Below, in pieces: positions 49,247 to 59,949 of a stretch of 64,000 bases of DNA. Source of the DNA: Selaginella moellendorffii (lineage: Eukaryota > Plantae > Lycopodiophyta); NCBI RefSeq assembly GCF_000143415.4, contig NW_003314309.1, positions 737,459 through 801,458 of the forward strand, read 5' to 3'. The notes under the pieces are model-generated. The model was not told the origin of the DNA. It ran no database searches and saw only the letters and a list, made by a program, of their open reading frames with translations. The position numbers and the translations under genes are program-made. The number at the start of each line of letters is the position of its first letter. Position 1 is the first letter of the stretch.

Positions 49247-50509
49247 CTATGGATACACATAATAGGAGCTGTAAGAATTCGAGGGGGTGTAAGGGGTGTA
49301 ATAGGGGTACCACGGATCGAAAATCTCGGCATAGTAATTGAGGCTGGGATCGTAGTAATCGGCAGGCATCGAAAGCATGGGATCGTCACCCACCTCTGGC
49401 AGTATAGCAAAGCAACGTAAGAGGAGTGAGATTCGGAGAAGAATGGAAAGCGATGGAAACATACCCGAGTAATCTCTAGGCCAAGATGGCAAACGATAGT
49501 GCTTGAGGTGTTCTCGCGGCCGCCACTTTGCATCCAGGCACTTGCATTTGAATCCCTCGTAGTAGGCGACGTAGTTGTGGACTAGACACCGGCATCGCCA
49601 CGAGAATGGCAGCGGCCTCAGGCCCTTGAGCAGCGAAATCTCGGAATGGAAGATGATCTCGGCTACCATCTGCCAAGTGAACAAGAGAAGGGCTTAGAAA
49701 ACGCGAGGGAGAAAAGCCCAGCAGGACGAAACCTGGGTGGCGGTTTCGTTGCGCTGCTCTTGAGCGATGAGATCCTGCTTGAGCCTGTATCCAAGGGTGA
49801 GAGGAACCGGCAAGGCGATCGCAAACGCACGGAAGAGAGGCCGGATGACACTGTCTCGCGGATGGCTGATGTTGTCAATGCGATCGACGGCGAGAGCCAA
49901 GCCGTGGTAGAAGGTGGTGAGCTCGATGGAGCTATGGTGGATGTCGAGGTGCTGGTTTGGATTGGTGACGATCATCTGGACCTCACAGATGTAGTTTAGC
50001 TTGAAAGCGTAGTAGTTCCCTTTACCTTCCTCTTGCTGGCGCCGGATCACCTCGGGCTTCACCTCGGAGAGCCGCGAGATTCCCATGGAGACGGACTTGA
50101 CATGGACGATCGGGAGCACTGGGCGCTCATGGAGATGGACTCCCAGGAGGACGAGGCAGAGAACAAGGCTAGCTGCGAGAAGGCTCCCTCCAACGATGGC
50201 TACCGCGTAGAACAATCTGGTGCGCGTGGTTGATGAGAATTTCTTGAATCTGCGAAACTCCATGAGGTTGAAGACGAGGAGGACCGGAAGATCGGGGCGG
50301 TCGCTGAGGCCCAGCCCATGGTAAGGATCATAGTAGTCGTCTTCGTCCCACAGATCTTGATCCGGGACGCCAGCATCGGCGCCGGCACTGCTGCTCGGTC
50401 CTAGATCTTGCCCCCGACTGGCGGCATCGGATCCGCCTACCTGTAAATTCTGCTCGATGTCGAACGCTACTGCTCTCTTGGCGCCGATCGTCGGCGCTTG
50501 ATCGTCCAT
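49247..50509 (-). CDS. LEA_2 / NDR1-HIN1-like single-pass membrane protein (2 exons, intron 49732-49670)
   Basis: TM helix LFYAVAIVGGSLLAASLVLCLVLLGV, then P.L..VHV.SV and TNPNQHLDIHH..IELTTFYHG (NPN motif); Tyr/Pro-rich tail. Confidence 0.7.
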
Positions 50510-50661
50510 CACTCCATCTCCCACTCGGCGCTTCCATGATCGAGCTCCCGAGAGACCTAACCCTTCGACCAAGAACCCTAAATCCCCAATCTAACGGCAT
50601 GAATTCAAAGAGCTCCCGCCAATTCCGACGGCCTAGATAAGTTTCCATTCTCTAAAGCTAC

Positions 50662-51927
50662 TTAGACAAGGATGTCGAGCCTGGGCTCAAAGGATATCCC
50701 ATCGATGAGCCCATCGATGAGCCGCTCGTCCGGTAACGTACAGTCCGGAACCCTACTCCACTGCCGCTCGGCTAGGTCGTACAGGAGCATCGGCATATCC
50801 CTCAGCCCGCCACCAATGTAGAGCAGCACCACATCGTTGGTCCCTACGCACATAAAATACGTACGATCTCCCAAAAACTCCTGGCACAAAGATTCCGGCA
50901 TCTTGTCCACCTCCACCCACTCCATCCTCTCCACGTTGAGCAGCCACACGCATATCGCGCTGGTAATATTCCCCTCCTGGAGCCCGCCCACCATCATGAT
51001 CCTGCCCCGGGATTCCAGGATCGTGTTGCTCACCAGGGAATCCGGCGTGGGCGTCTGGATGAGGCTCCACGTGTCCTTGTACGTGTCGTAGGCGACAAGC
51101 CCGTCGGGGTCGCAGCACCACGAGTAGAGAACGCCGTTGCAAGTGATGGTACCGAGCAGCGGGTCCGCACCGCGCGGCATGCTGCTCGTCATCCGCCACG
51201 TGTCGAGCCCGGACTCGTAGACCTCGGTGGTGATGTCGTCCACTGAGATCTCGTGGTTCCCCGCCACCACGACTTTGTAGAGGCCGGTCCCCTTGTCCAC
51301 CACCATGCCGACCGTCTCTAGATAGGTCGGGTTGTTGTTCATTGGCGGGAGCTTGCGCCAGGTGGCGGTGATGAGGTTGCACACCGCGAAGTTTTTCTGG
51401 CCGTCGGTGGAGGCGCAGAAGCAAATGAGGCCGCCGGCGGCGGCCACCGGGATGTAGCGCTCGTTCACCGGAAAACTGGGCAGTGGGATGTGGTGCCACG
51501 TGTTGGATATCGGGTTGAATGTGGAGCCGTCCTTGTAGTCATGGTTTGTGAACATGAAGAACCAGGGGCCCTGCGGCGAGATGGAGCTGTAAGATTCCAG
51601 GAATCCGTCGGAGCAAAGAAGGGATCTCCAGGCCCGGCATACGGTCCGGAATTTGAGGAGGCTCGGCAGGGGTAGCCGAAGCAAGACCCTCTCCAGGAGA
51701 TGCTCTGGGAGTGTGCTCCACAGCAGGGAATCCATGGGTGTTTGATCCATTTGGTGGCGCCGCTGGTGCTGGGCGGTGCAGTAGGATCGCCGCCGCTGCC
51801 GGGTGCCATAGCTTCCCTGCCCAGGGTCTTCTTCTTCTTGATCCTCCTCCTCTTCCTCCTCTTCTTCCCCCTCGTCCTCCTCCTTTCCAGTGGCCATGGG
51901 TTTTTTCAGAGAGGCGCTTGCGCCCAT
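50662..51927 (-). CDS. F-box/kelch-type protein of the LCR/HWS/UFO-like group
   Basis: LPEHLLERVLLRLPLPSLLKFRTVCRAW, AAAGGLICF, WRKLPPM, WVEVDKMP and C-terminal FEPRLD; acidic N-terminus; intronless. Confidence 0.9.
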   Translation of the reverse strand: MGASASLKKPMATGKEEDEGEEEEEEEEDQEEEDPGQGSYGTRQRRRSYCTAQHQRRHQMDQTPMDSLLWSTLPEHLLERVLLRLPLPSLLKFRTVCRAWRSLLCSDGFLESYSSISPQGPWFFMFTNHDYKDGSTFNPISNTWHHIPLPSFPVNERYIPVAAAGGLICFCASTDGQKNFAVCNLITATWRKLPPMNNNPTYLETVGMVVDKGTGLYKVVVAGNHEISVDDITTEVYESGLDTWRMTSSMPRGADPLLGTITCNGVLYSWCCDPDGLVAYDTYKDTWSLIQTPTPDSLVSNTILESRGRIMMVGGLQEGNITSAICVWLLNVERMEWVEVDKMPESLCQEFLGDRTYFMCVGTNDVVLLYIGGGLRDMPMLLYDLAERQWSRVPDCTLPDERLIDGLIDGISFEPRLDILV

Positions 51928-52387
51928 TCATCCCTTCATCAAAAGCGCGTCGATCGCCGTCACTTCCATCTCCATCTCTCCACTTTTTGATCCATCCGAT
52001 CCAGTCGATCGCTCAATCGCGGCTGGGCTTCCAAATCCCCAAATTGCTCGATCGAGAGAGGAACGACCAGCTATGGCGGAATGAAGGGGTTTCTCTGTCC
52101 GTGGACTAGGGCTTTTTAACGAACTGACACGTGTCCGAGTGAAACCAACGATATGCCACGTTAGCGTCGATATCTTTTATTTGCTGCTTTTCTATTTGTA
52201 CAATATTCTTTTCCTATTTCATGCTCTACACGCCTTCGAAAATTTAGGGTTTATGGGTCGGGTGGGATCCTCGGCGCTGTCGCTGTCGTGTTCTTGGCAA
52301 AGATTTTAGGTCGAGGAGAGCGGATGTCCCGGTGGATCTAGGTCTGGATGATCCGCGGCTGAGGAGGCGCGGGGCGAGAAGCAAGGT

Positions 52388-53938
52388 ATGGCGGGATCCA
52401 GGCTCCAGGGATCACAAGTCTCCTCCAGCTCCTCCGCATTCTCGACGCCGCGGATTCTCATCCTCCTCACGCTGATGCCCCTGGGATTGGCTGCCTTCGC
52501 GTTCGTACTGCAATGGCGGGGCGAGGTCACGGATCCGATGCGCCTGGGCGTCGATCGCTCCAGATTTCCAGGGTTTCCAGGGAGCTCCCCGATTGGGAGC
52601 ACTAGTGGCGTCGACTGTGGTGGGCAGCAGCGAGGGCTCAGCGCTTTCATCCATCATCCGGGGTGGAAGTACGCGATCCCAGAGAATGGAAAGCCAAAGA
52701 TTTGCGTGACAACCAGCACGGCCGGGGGTTTAGAACAGATCCTTCCATGGCTCTACTATCACAGGGTGATCGGTGTCACGAATTTTCTCCTCTTCGTGGA
52801 GGGGAAGGCTGCGACTCAAAACGTTACCGCGGTCCTGGAGAGCATCCCTGGCGTGAGGGTGGTGTATAGAACCAAGGAGCTGGAAGAACAGCAGGCCAGG
52901 AGTAGGATCTGGAACGAGACTTGGCTCTCGAGCTTTTTCTTCCGACCTTGCAACTACGAGCTCTTCGTCCGGCAGTCTCTCAACATGGAGATGGCGATCG
53001 TCATGGCCCGCGAGGCCGAGATGGACTGGATCATCCATCTCGACACGGACGAGCTCCTCTACCCGGCAGGATCGCCCGAGTACTCCCTCCGGAAGCTCCT
53101 GGGCGACGTTGCTCCGGAGGTGGACATGGTGATCTTCCCGAACTACGAGAGCGCCATCGAGCGAGACGACGTGGTGGATCCTTTCAGCGAGGTGACCATG
53201 TTCAAGAAGAACTACGATCACGTCACCAAGGAGACGTACTTCGGGCTCTACCGAGAAGCGACGCGGGGGAATCCAAACTACTTCCTCACGTATGGAAACG
53301 GCAAGGCCGCGGCCAGGATCCAAGACCATCTTCGTCCAAACGGAGCTCACCGGTGGCACAACTATCTCAAGGCGCCGAAGGAGCTCAAGTTCGAGGAGGC
53401 GGCTGTTCTTCACTACACGTACTCCAAGTTCTCGGACCTCACCTCCCGGCGCGATCGATGCGGGTGCAAGCCCACCAAGGACGACGTGAAGCGCTGCTTC
53501 ATGCTCGAGTTCGATCGAGCAGCGTTCATCATCGCGTCCACGGCGACGCGGGAGGAGATGCTGCGGTGGTACCGCGAGCACGTCGTGTGGACGGACCGGG
53601 AGCTCAATCTCAAGCTCCTCCGGAAGGGACTGCTCACTCGGATCTACGCTCCGCAGCTCATCGTCCAGGGGCTGCGGCAGTCGGGGGTGCTCAACAACGC
53701 TCTAGCGGCGGGACAAGAACAGCTCGAGAGATTGAAGACGAGGGATAAGTTCCTCTCGGCGGTTTCCACCAGGAACTCTTCCTCCTCGGAGCTGGGATCA
53801 AAAGACAGCAAAGATGATCATCGCTTGGCCTCCTCGTCGAGGAGGCTCATGGATTTATCGAGCTTGAGTTCTTCGGCGATGGTGGTGGAGGATGATCCAT
53901 TCGCAGCAGTGCCACCATTGCCACCTCCGGTACTTTAA
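52388..53938 (+). CDS. KOB1: KOBITO1/ELD1/ABI8 glycosyltransferase-like type II membrane protein, intronless
   Basis: [39 protein letters not shown] (DxD), [12 protein letters not shown] and [11 protein letters not shown]. Confidence 0.92.
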   Translation: MAGSRLQGSQVSSSSSAFSTPRILILLTLMPLGLAAFAFVLQWRGEVTDPMRLGVDRSRFPGFPGSSPIGSTSGVDCGGQQRGLSAFIHHPGWKYAIPENGKPKICVTTSTAGGLEQILPWLYYHRVIGVTNFLLFVEGKAATQNVTAVLESIPGVRVVYRTKELEEQQARSRIWNETWLSSFFFRPCNYELFVRQSLNMEMAIVMAREAEMDWIIHLDTDELLYPAGSPEYSLRKLLGDVAPEVDMVIFPNYESAIERDDVVDPFSEVTMFKKNYDHVTKETYFGLYREATRGNPNYFLTYGNGKAAARIQDHLRPNGAHRWHNYLKAPKELKFEEAAVLHYTYSKFSDLTSRRDRCGCKPTKDDVKRCFMLEFDRAAFIIASTATREEMLRWYREHVVWTDRELNLKLLRKGLLTRIYAPQLIVQGLRQSGVLNNALAAGQEQLERLKTRDKFLSAVSTRNSSSSELGSKDSKDDHRLASSSRRLMDLSSLSSSAMVVEDDPFAAVPPLPPPVL

Positions 53939-54213
53939 GTTCGATCGATCGATAAGTTTACTCACACTCGCAAACACTTACTTGTGCTTGTGAATTTTAC
54001 TAGAGATGAACAAAGAAGAACACGCTGCTACTTTTTTTTCCAGATCTCTCGATTCTTACAAGTGATCGTCGATCAATGAAGTTTGTACTTTGATTGTTTT
54101 TTTTTTTGCTTTACAACCATAGCTCGAGATGGGCTGCTCGAAAGAATTGAAGGAATGAAAGAACGATGGAATGGGTTTCTTTCTTGCAAGAAACCTGGAG
54201 TGTTACTATGGAT

Positions 54214-54618
54214 CTATCGAAACCCCCGGAGCAAGAGAGCGGCCTTTCGATCGTCTGTGGATCTGAGCTCGAAGCTGCTGCTCCTGGAGATGGGCGGAGG
54301 GTGGGAAGAGCAAGAAGAGAGCGGCGACGCTGGCGGCGAGAGTGGGAGCGAGAGGCTCCTGGAGAGAATCCCTGGCGGCGGCTGGAAGAAAGAAGTGATG
54401 TCTTGGAGAGGGAATCGAGGGATCGGATCTGCCGATTCTTGCCACCAATGCGCCATCGCCGCGCCCGCGGTTCTTACGCCGGCATTGGAGGACGCCGCTG
54501 CCTCCGCCGCGTTCTCACCCTGGCCGCCATCGTCCGTGTGGAAGACCTCGCCCTCGCCGAGCTCACCATCGCCGCCAGGGATCGATCCGGAAGAGGAGGG
54601 CAGCATTGCCATGGCCAT
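54214..54618 (-). CDS. Small disordered protein resembling OSD1/GIG1/UVI4 APC/C inhibitors
   Basis: 134 aa from ATG 54618; GEN, W..RFPLQDIT (D-box RxxL) and C-terminal LLRGFR tail. Confidence 0.5.
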   Translation of the reverse strand: MAMAMLPSSSGSIPGGDGELGEGEVFHTDDGGQGENAAEAAASSNAGVRTAGAAMAHWWQESADPIPRFPLQDITSFFQPPPGILSRSLSLPLSPPASPLSSCSSHPPPISRSSSFELRSTDDRKAALLLRGFR

Positions 54619-55044
54619 TGCGGATTCCTCGAGCGATCGAGCCTGAAAATCCCTAAACCAAGATCTGGCGCGCGCGCGCGATCGATCCACAAACGCGGGC
54701 CTTCGAAATGTGCCCCCCTCGCGAAATAAATCTGGCAAAACATAGCGCCAAGAGTTCAAAATTTTCGCGATCGATGGCGGCGATGGACGGCCAAGATTGG
54801 CGGGATTTTGAATTTGGAATCCCACTCATTATGCGATTAGGGCTGACCAGGCCTGGTTTAAAAGCCAATTTTTTCCCTCCCATTTTTTGGGGGGCTAGGG
54901 TTTTCCAGGGATTTTGGAGCGCGGAGAGCACTTGCGCGCCAAGAGATCCAAGTCGCCATCAAGAAAAGGTGTGTGTGGCTCCTCTCGCGGCCTCTCAATC
55001 GCCGCGTAGATCTGCTAGGCTTCATCGGGATCTAGATCTCTGCG

Positions 55045-56182
55045 ATGGCGCGGCTTCGCAAGGCGACCGATTCCTGGTGTGAGCCCTTGCTAGAGGCCGA
55101 CCAGTGCCCCTGCGAGCGCCTGCCAGATGTGGTCCTCTGCCGCATTTTCATGCTCTTGCCGCCTCGATTGGTCGCCAGGGTGTGCTCCTTCGTCTGCCGC
55201 TCCTGGCGAGATGTGTCACTGGATCCCTCTCTCTGGTCTTACTACTGCCAGAACACCGGGCTTCGCTCAGCTGACGAGATCAAGCTGAGTGGCGGCTGGA
55301 GAGCACTTTTCATCGCGGTCTTTGGTCCCAATCTCGTTGGAAGCCCCTGTTTCAGACCCATCGAGCAGCTAGAGGTGGATCAAGCCAAGAGCAAAGCTCC
55401 CGGGCCTTGGGAGCCTAAGCACAGGGTCATACTGGATAGGATCGCGGTTCTCGACGACGTAGAAGAGAACTACCATAGCTACTCTCACTGGGGGGTGGAG
55501 GCTGGGTCGCAGTTCCATCGAGGTGGTGGCGATGGCGTGGTACGAGAGAATCCTCCAGTGGACTGCTCTCCTTGCCCGTCGGTTCCACTCGAGAGTGTGA
55601 TCGCTACTTCGCATGATTGGGGACGACTCCAGCACTACATTGGCTTCCAGACTTTTTCCAACAAGTTCCTCGATCAGAGCCCGCCGTTTGTTCTCACTGC
55701 CTGGTTTGCGGCGCGGAGAGGATCGCCGGGGCTTTTCAGGATCAACTTGCTGCTCAGGGATGATCTCAAGAACTGCAAGAGTGTCTGGTATGTAGATGTT
55801 TTGTTTGCGAGTTTTATCTGACTTTTTCCTTGCTGGTTTCAGGGACTCTGGGATTTTAAATGCGAAGGATGAGTGGCAACAAGCCAAGTTCATTATCAAG
55901 GACTACAACAAGGTTAGAACTTTAGCATTTGGTTCTCCCAAATTCATTTTTACTTGGGAGCAGGGAGTGAGGTCCGTTATGGTGAAGCTTGCTGGGAAGT
56001 GCACGACCGGGGAACGGGGTTTCTACGGCACAAAATTTACGGACGTGAGGCTGCATTTTATCCCGGTTTGTGAGGTGCGTAGTGGCTTTCCTTATCGTCT
56101 TCTCAAACGTTTTCTTTTGCTTTTCTAGATTAAAAACTATGCGGACTTTGACGAGGGTGTATTCTTAGATACTGTTGCATAA
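55045..56182 (+). CDS. F-box protein with an FBA (FBXO2/6/44-type sugar-binding fold) domain, 4 exons
   Basis: F-box LPDVVLCRIFMLLP...VCRSWR, then PNLV, ATSHDW, WFAARRG, WQQ, DYNKGVRSV and GFYGTKFT. Introns 55788-55842, 55913-55963 and 56075-56128 keep frame. Confidence 0.8.
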
Positions 56183-56701
56183 ATTTGCAACTTGCTACGG
56201 TCTGTTCGGCCAGGTTTCTTATTCATCCCCTTTCTTCTGTTTGTAATTGAAAAGGACACTGCAGATTATTTCTTGACGTTGCTTCTTAGCTCAGGTTCCT
56301 GCACTCGTATCAGGCCTGCTGCCAAAATTCTATGGCAGTACTGCTTTTCGCGGAGTGCCAGAGCATGCTTTTGCTTTTTTGTGTACCGTTTCGGTGCTTG
56401 ATGCTCTTTCTCGCCAGCACTGACTGTTACAAAAGCTACAGTGGATTTCTATTCGGTACATTATCAAGTAGAGGGGTTCTTACATTGAAAAGTTTTGCTT
56501 CAGCATACGGTATTTACAGATTTCTTCGTGGTTTAAGCCTTTCCACAGCACAGAAAACTTGGACATCGAAGAAACTAAGCAAAGACAGCGAATTTTACCA
56601 GTAAGCATCTAAGCTTGTCCTCACGTCTAACTTGTTGTGAAGCAGGACTTTCTCTCCATCTCCTCAGAAGCCTCATCGCCTTCTAAACGGCAAAGCTTTC
56701 T

Positions 56702-57490
56702 TCATCGTCTTCTAAACGGCCAAGGAAAAACTCTGGAAGAACCTCTTGAAGACGACGACGATGGCGATGGCGCTGCCGAGGGGACCGGATTCCTCCCAAC
56801 GTCATACCGGCAAACCGGGCACGTCCCATGGAGAGCCAGCCAGGGAAGTATACAGTCCTGGTGATAGACGTGCTTGCAAGGCATCTGTCTAACTTTGTTT
56901 CCCACAGCGTAGTCATCCTTGCAAACCGCGCAGCTCGAGAACTCGTCGTTGCGAAGATGATCTTTGGAGATCGTGATGGTCGGCATCGAGTCGATCTGCT
57001 GCCTGCTTGCCGGAGGAGCTCCGCCGCCGCCAGCGTCGAGCTCCATGAGCTGCTGTATCAGCCGCTCGAGTCCCATGCCGTCGGGTCCAAACCCAGGGGA
57101 AGGATCGCCGCCGTGGAAGTACCACCGTGGTGGCATATCCCCCCCGCGGAAGACCACCATGCCGCCACCACCGCCACCGCCGCCACCGCCGCCGCCGCCG
57201 CCCCCGCGAGATGGGAAGAATGGCGAGTCGTCTATCTCGAGATCTTCCACCATGAAGTGCTGGAAGGGATGGAAGGGGCGCGGCCGCGGCGAGTTCCTCC
57301 TCATGGCCGATGCTACTGCGTCAAAGATATCGAGGAGGTGTGGAGGATTTGCCTCTGGAGACCATCTTGGAGCTGGAGCTTGCTCGAGGAAGCCATCGCC
57401 GCAGCAGGGGCAAGCTAGAGCAGTGCTTGGGGACTGGACGAAGACGATGTGCTCGCATTTGTGACACCAGAAGGAGCGAGATTCGTCCAT
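56702..57490 (-). CDS. RING-H2 E3 ubiquitin ligase with N-terminal zinc ribbon (RNF126/BTL-type)
   Basis: FWCHKC...CPCCGDGFLE, GAPPAS and CAVCKDD...MPCKHVYHQDCILPWLALHGTCPVCR; poly-Gly tract. Confidence 0.93.
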   Translation of the reverse strand: MDESRSFWCHKCEHIVFVQSPSTALACPCCGDGFLEQAPAPRWSPEANPPHLLDIFDAVASAMRRNSPRPRPFHPFQHFMVEDLEIDDSPFFPSRGGGGGGGGGGGGGGGMVVFRGGDMPPRWYFHGGDPSPGFGPDGMGLERLIQQLMELDAGGGGAPPASRQQIDSMPTITISKDHLRNDEFSSCAVCKDDYAVGNKVRQMPCKHVYHQDCILPWLALHGTCPVCRYDVGRNPVPSAAPSPSSSSSRGSSRVFPWPFRRR

Positions 57491-58133
57491 GGAAGCTTGC
57501 TTTCTAGCACTGCTCTTGTGAGAATTCTTCTAGAGCTTGGAGTACCTGAATGTAAGAGAGAATTTGGAGCAGCAACTTGGAGTAAATAATCCAGCACTGG
57601 ATCGAAACGTTGTTACCTGAGAAATAGGAGATACCCTGGGCGTGTCGGTTTGAGCATAGCTCTAGCCGTGGGGGACGCGTATGGCGTGTCTGCCTAGAAG
57701 GCACTCGTCAAACAAAGAAAAAGTTATAATAAGAACAACCCACCAAAAGGAAGGAGAAAATTATCAAGCACGAGAGAGGACGAATGCGCACCTCGAAGTT
57801 CCTGTAGCGAGGGAGACGAAAGAAGAAAAAGATAAAAGCTCGCCTGGCATCGCCATTGTCGGTCCCATTGATGAGTCAGAGCTAGCGTAATCGGATTAGC
57901 AAAATCAATCCTAGCTACAAGAGAGGAGAAAAATCAAGGAAAAATCAAGAACTTATCTATACGTACAATGTTGTACACGAAAACACTGACCAAAACAGTG
58001 ATCAATCTCTGCAACTTGTAAGTGCCCGTGAGCTCCAGAAGGAAAAAAAAAAAAAAAAAGTCTCCTCTGAAAACTCGCGAGAGCTTACTTCTGGGAAGAG
58101 ACGCCGGTGTTTTTGAGAAGCTCCCATCCAGCG

Positions 58134-59369
58134 TCAGGGAAGATCTTCCGGCAGTGGCACCATCTGGGCTCCGTATACCTCCATGGTCGATGGATTCTGG
58201 AGGAAAACCACTGCTCCACACTTGGTCCGGTTGAAAGTGTCCCAGAGCGGAAGCTTGAAGTGTTCCCGGACAGTCTTCCGGGCGGGCCAGTCGTGTAGAG
58301 TCGCTGCTTTGGCAATGCTTCTCACCACGAAGTCGTTTGTGAGGATCCGGCCCTTGTTCTCGCCCTTTTGGCAGTTGGTCACCAGGCCATTCTCGTAGAG
58401 CGCCACCATTATGTCTAGCGTGAACTTGTCAACCTTGAACTTGATGATGGCTTCCATTGTCGTGTCTAAGACGCGCTCTGGCTCGGTTTCGAGCTTGAAG
58501 GAGATCTGCAAGAGGAAGTTCTTGAAACTATAAGCGAGAAAAAACTAAAACTTGCTGGAAGTTTGAATCATGCGGGAGAAATTCTCGGATCTAGACGACA
58601 AGAATCTGTTTGGTTCAACCAAAGACAGGACCAGCGGGAGAAATTCCTGGCAATGAAAGTCACATCCTCACAGACCTTCACAGAACACGACGAAGTCACA
58701 AGAAAACACGCAATGAAACCAGGAGAGAAAGCAGCAAATTCTCGTGGATCGAGCAAGATCACATGGACGACAAACACGAAAAGCACGAAAAGGACCAAAA
58801 AAAAAAAGACGAGGAAGAGAGAAACTTACAGTGATGTCTGGCGCAGCAAATCTGGGAGCTTGATGGATGAGCGCTAGAATGGGCTCCAAGCTGGAAGCAA
58901 TGCAGTGGGATCGCCCTTGGACAACCACCTCTGGAGTGTAAATGCTGTCCTGCTGGAGAGCCTGCCCATAATTCCTCTGCCGTAGCGTCCAAGTGCTGTT
59001 AGCGAATGGATCCTTCCATCCCATAAAGTCCCAGTACTCGACGTGAAAGCCAAGGACAACGATGGGCACCTCCAGCGCCACATCCGAGGATTTGGCTTGC
59101 CCAAGCTGCGAGATCAAGAGATCTGCCGGAGGACACGAACTACAGCCCTGGGATGTGAAGAGTTCCACCAGCACGGCGCTCTGGGAGGATCCTCCCCCTA
59201 CCTTGGGGCCACGCGGCGCAGAGGATTTCTTGCTCTCCGGATCCAGCTGCTGCGGCTCCTCCTCATCTAGCTCCTCGATTTCCTTGGCGTCGGGATTGCT
59301 GTCTACCTTTGGGGATCTGTCGCAGGAAGCTCCGGCCCTAGAGAAGCACGCGATGCAGCGGCGAAGCAT
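58134..59369 (-). CDS. DUF1223 thioredoxin-fold protein (at least 2 exons)
   Basis: VELFTSQGCSSCPPAD, FHVEYWDFMGWKDPF, YTPEVVVQG and GENKGRILTNDFVVR. A possible small internal exon at 58560-58640 is unresolved. Confidence 0.88.
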
Positions 59370-59949
59370 GATCTAGATCTTGCGCTCCACGGCGGCGGAG
59401 CTGAGCACGGGGGAATTCCACAAAGATCGATTGGAGACTGCCGCATTCCAGTGGTGGAGAATCCCTCGCTGCCCCCCCGAATATATTTTAGGGTTCTTGG
59501 CGCGCGAGGATTTTGGTGTCGAGAGGGGAGAAATGGAAGGAACCGCACGGAGCACGTCATGACGTGTGTCCTGAACGTCACACCCGTCAAATTTTAAGAG
59601 CATATTTTAGAATATTTTTTAATTAAAGCAACGAAAACAGCTTAAAGTCCATGACCTCGTCACACGAATCCCCTCCTCTGTTCTGGGAAAGGAACTCCCA
59701 ATAAAATTCGCGAGCAAGTCCATGGATTAGATTTGTCTATTTCATTCATTCAATCTGTTCCCACTAAGGAGTTCTTGATGGATTGAGCCCCAATCTCGTG
59801 GTCTGATCAAAGCTTTTTGCCAGCAGGTAGATTACTTGAACGAACAGCTCTAGATTACAACTTGAGGAGCAAACTAGTCGAAAAATGTCAACAATTTCAA
59901 ACCAAAAGTATATAACACATTGTTCCAGTAGAGAGTTGTGCCAACCATT

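Noticed and set aside
59781-59797. miR171-like fragment GATTGAGCCCCAATCTC
   Set aside because: It lacks 3 central bases relative to miR171, and I see no complementary star arm nearby.
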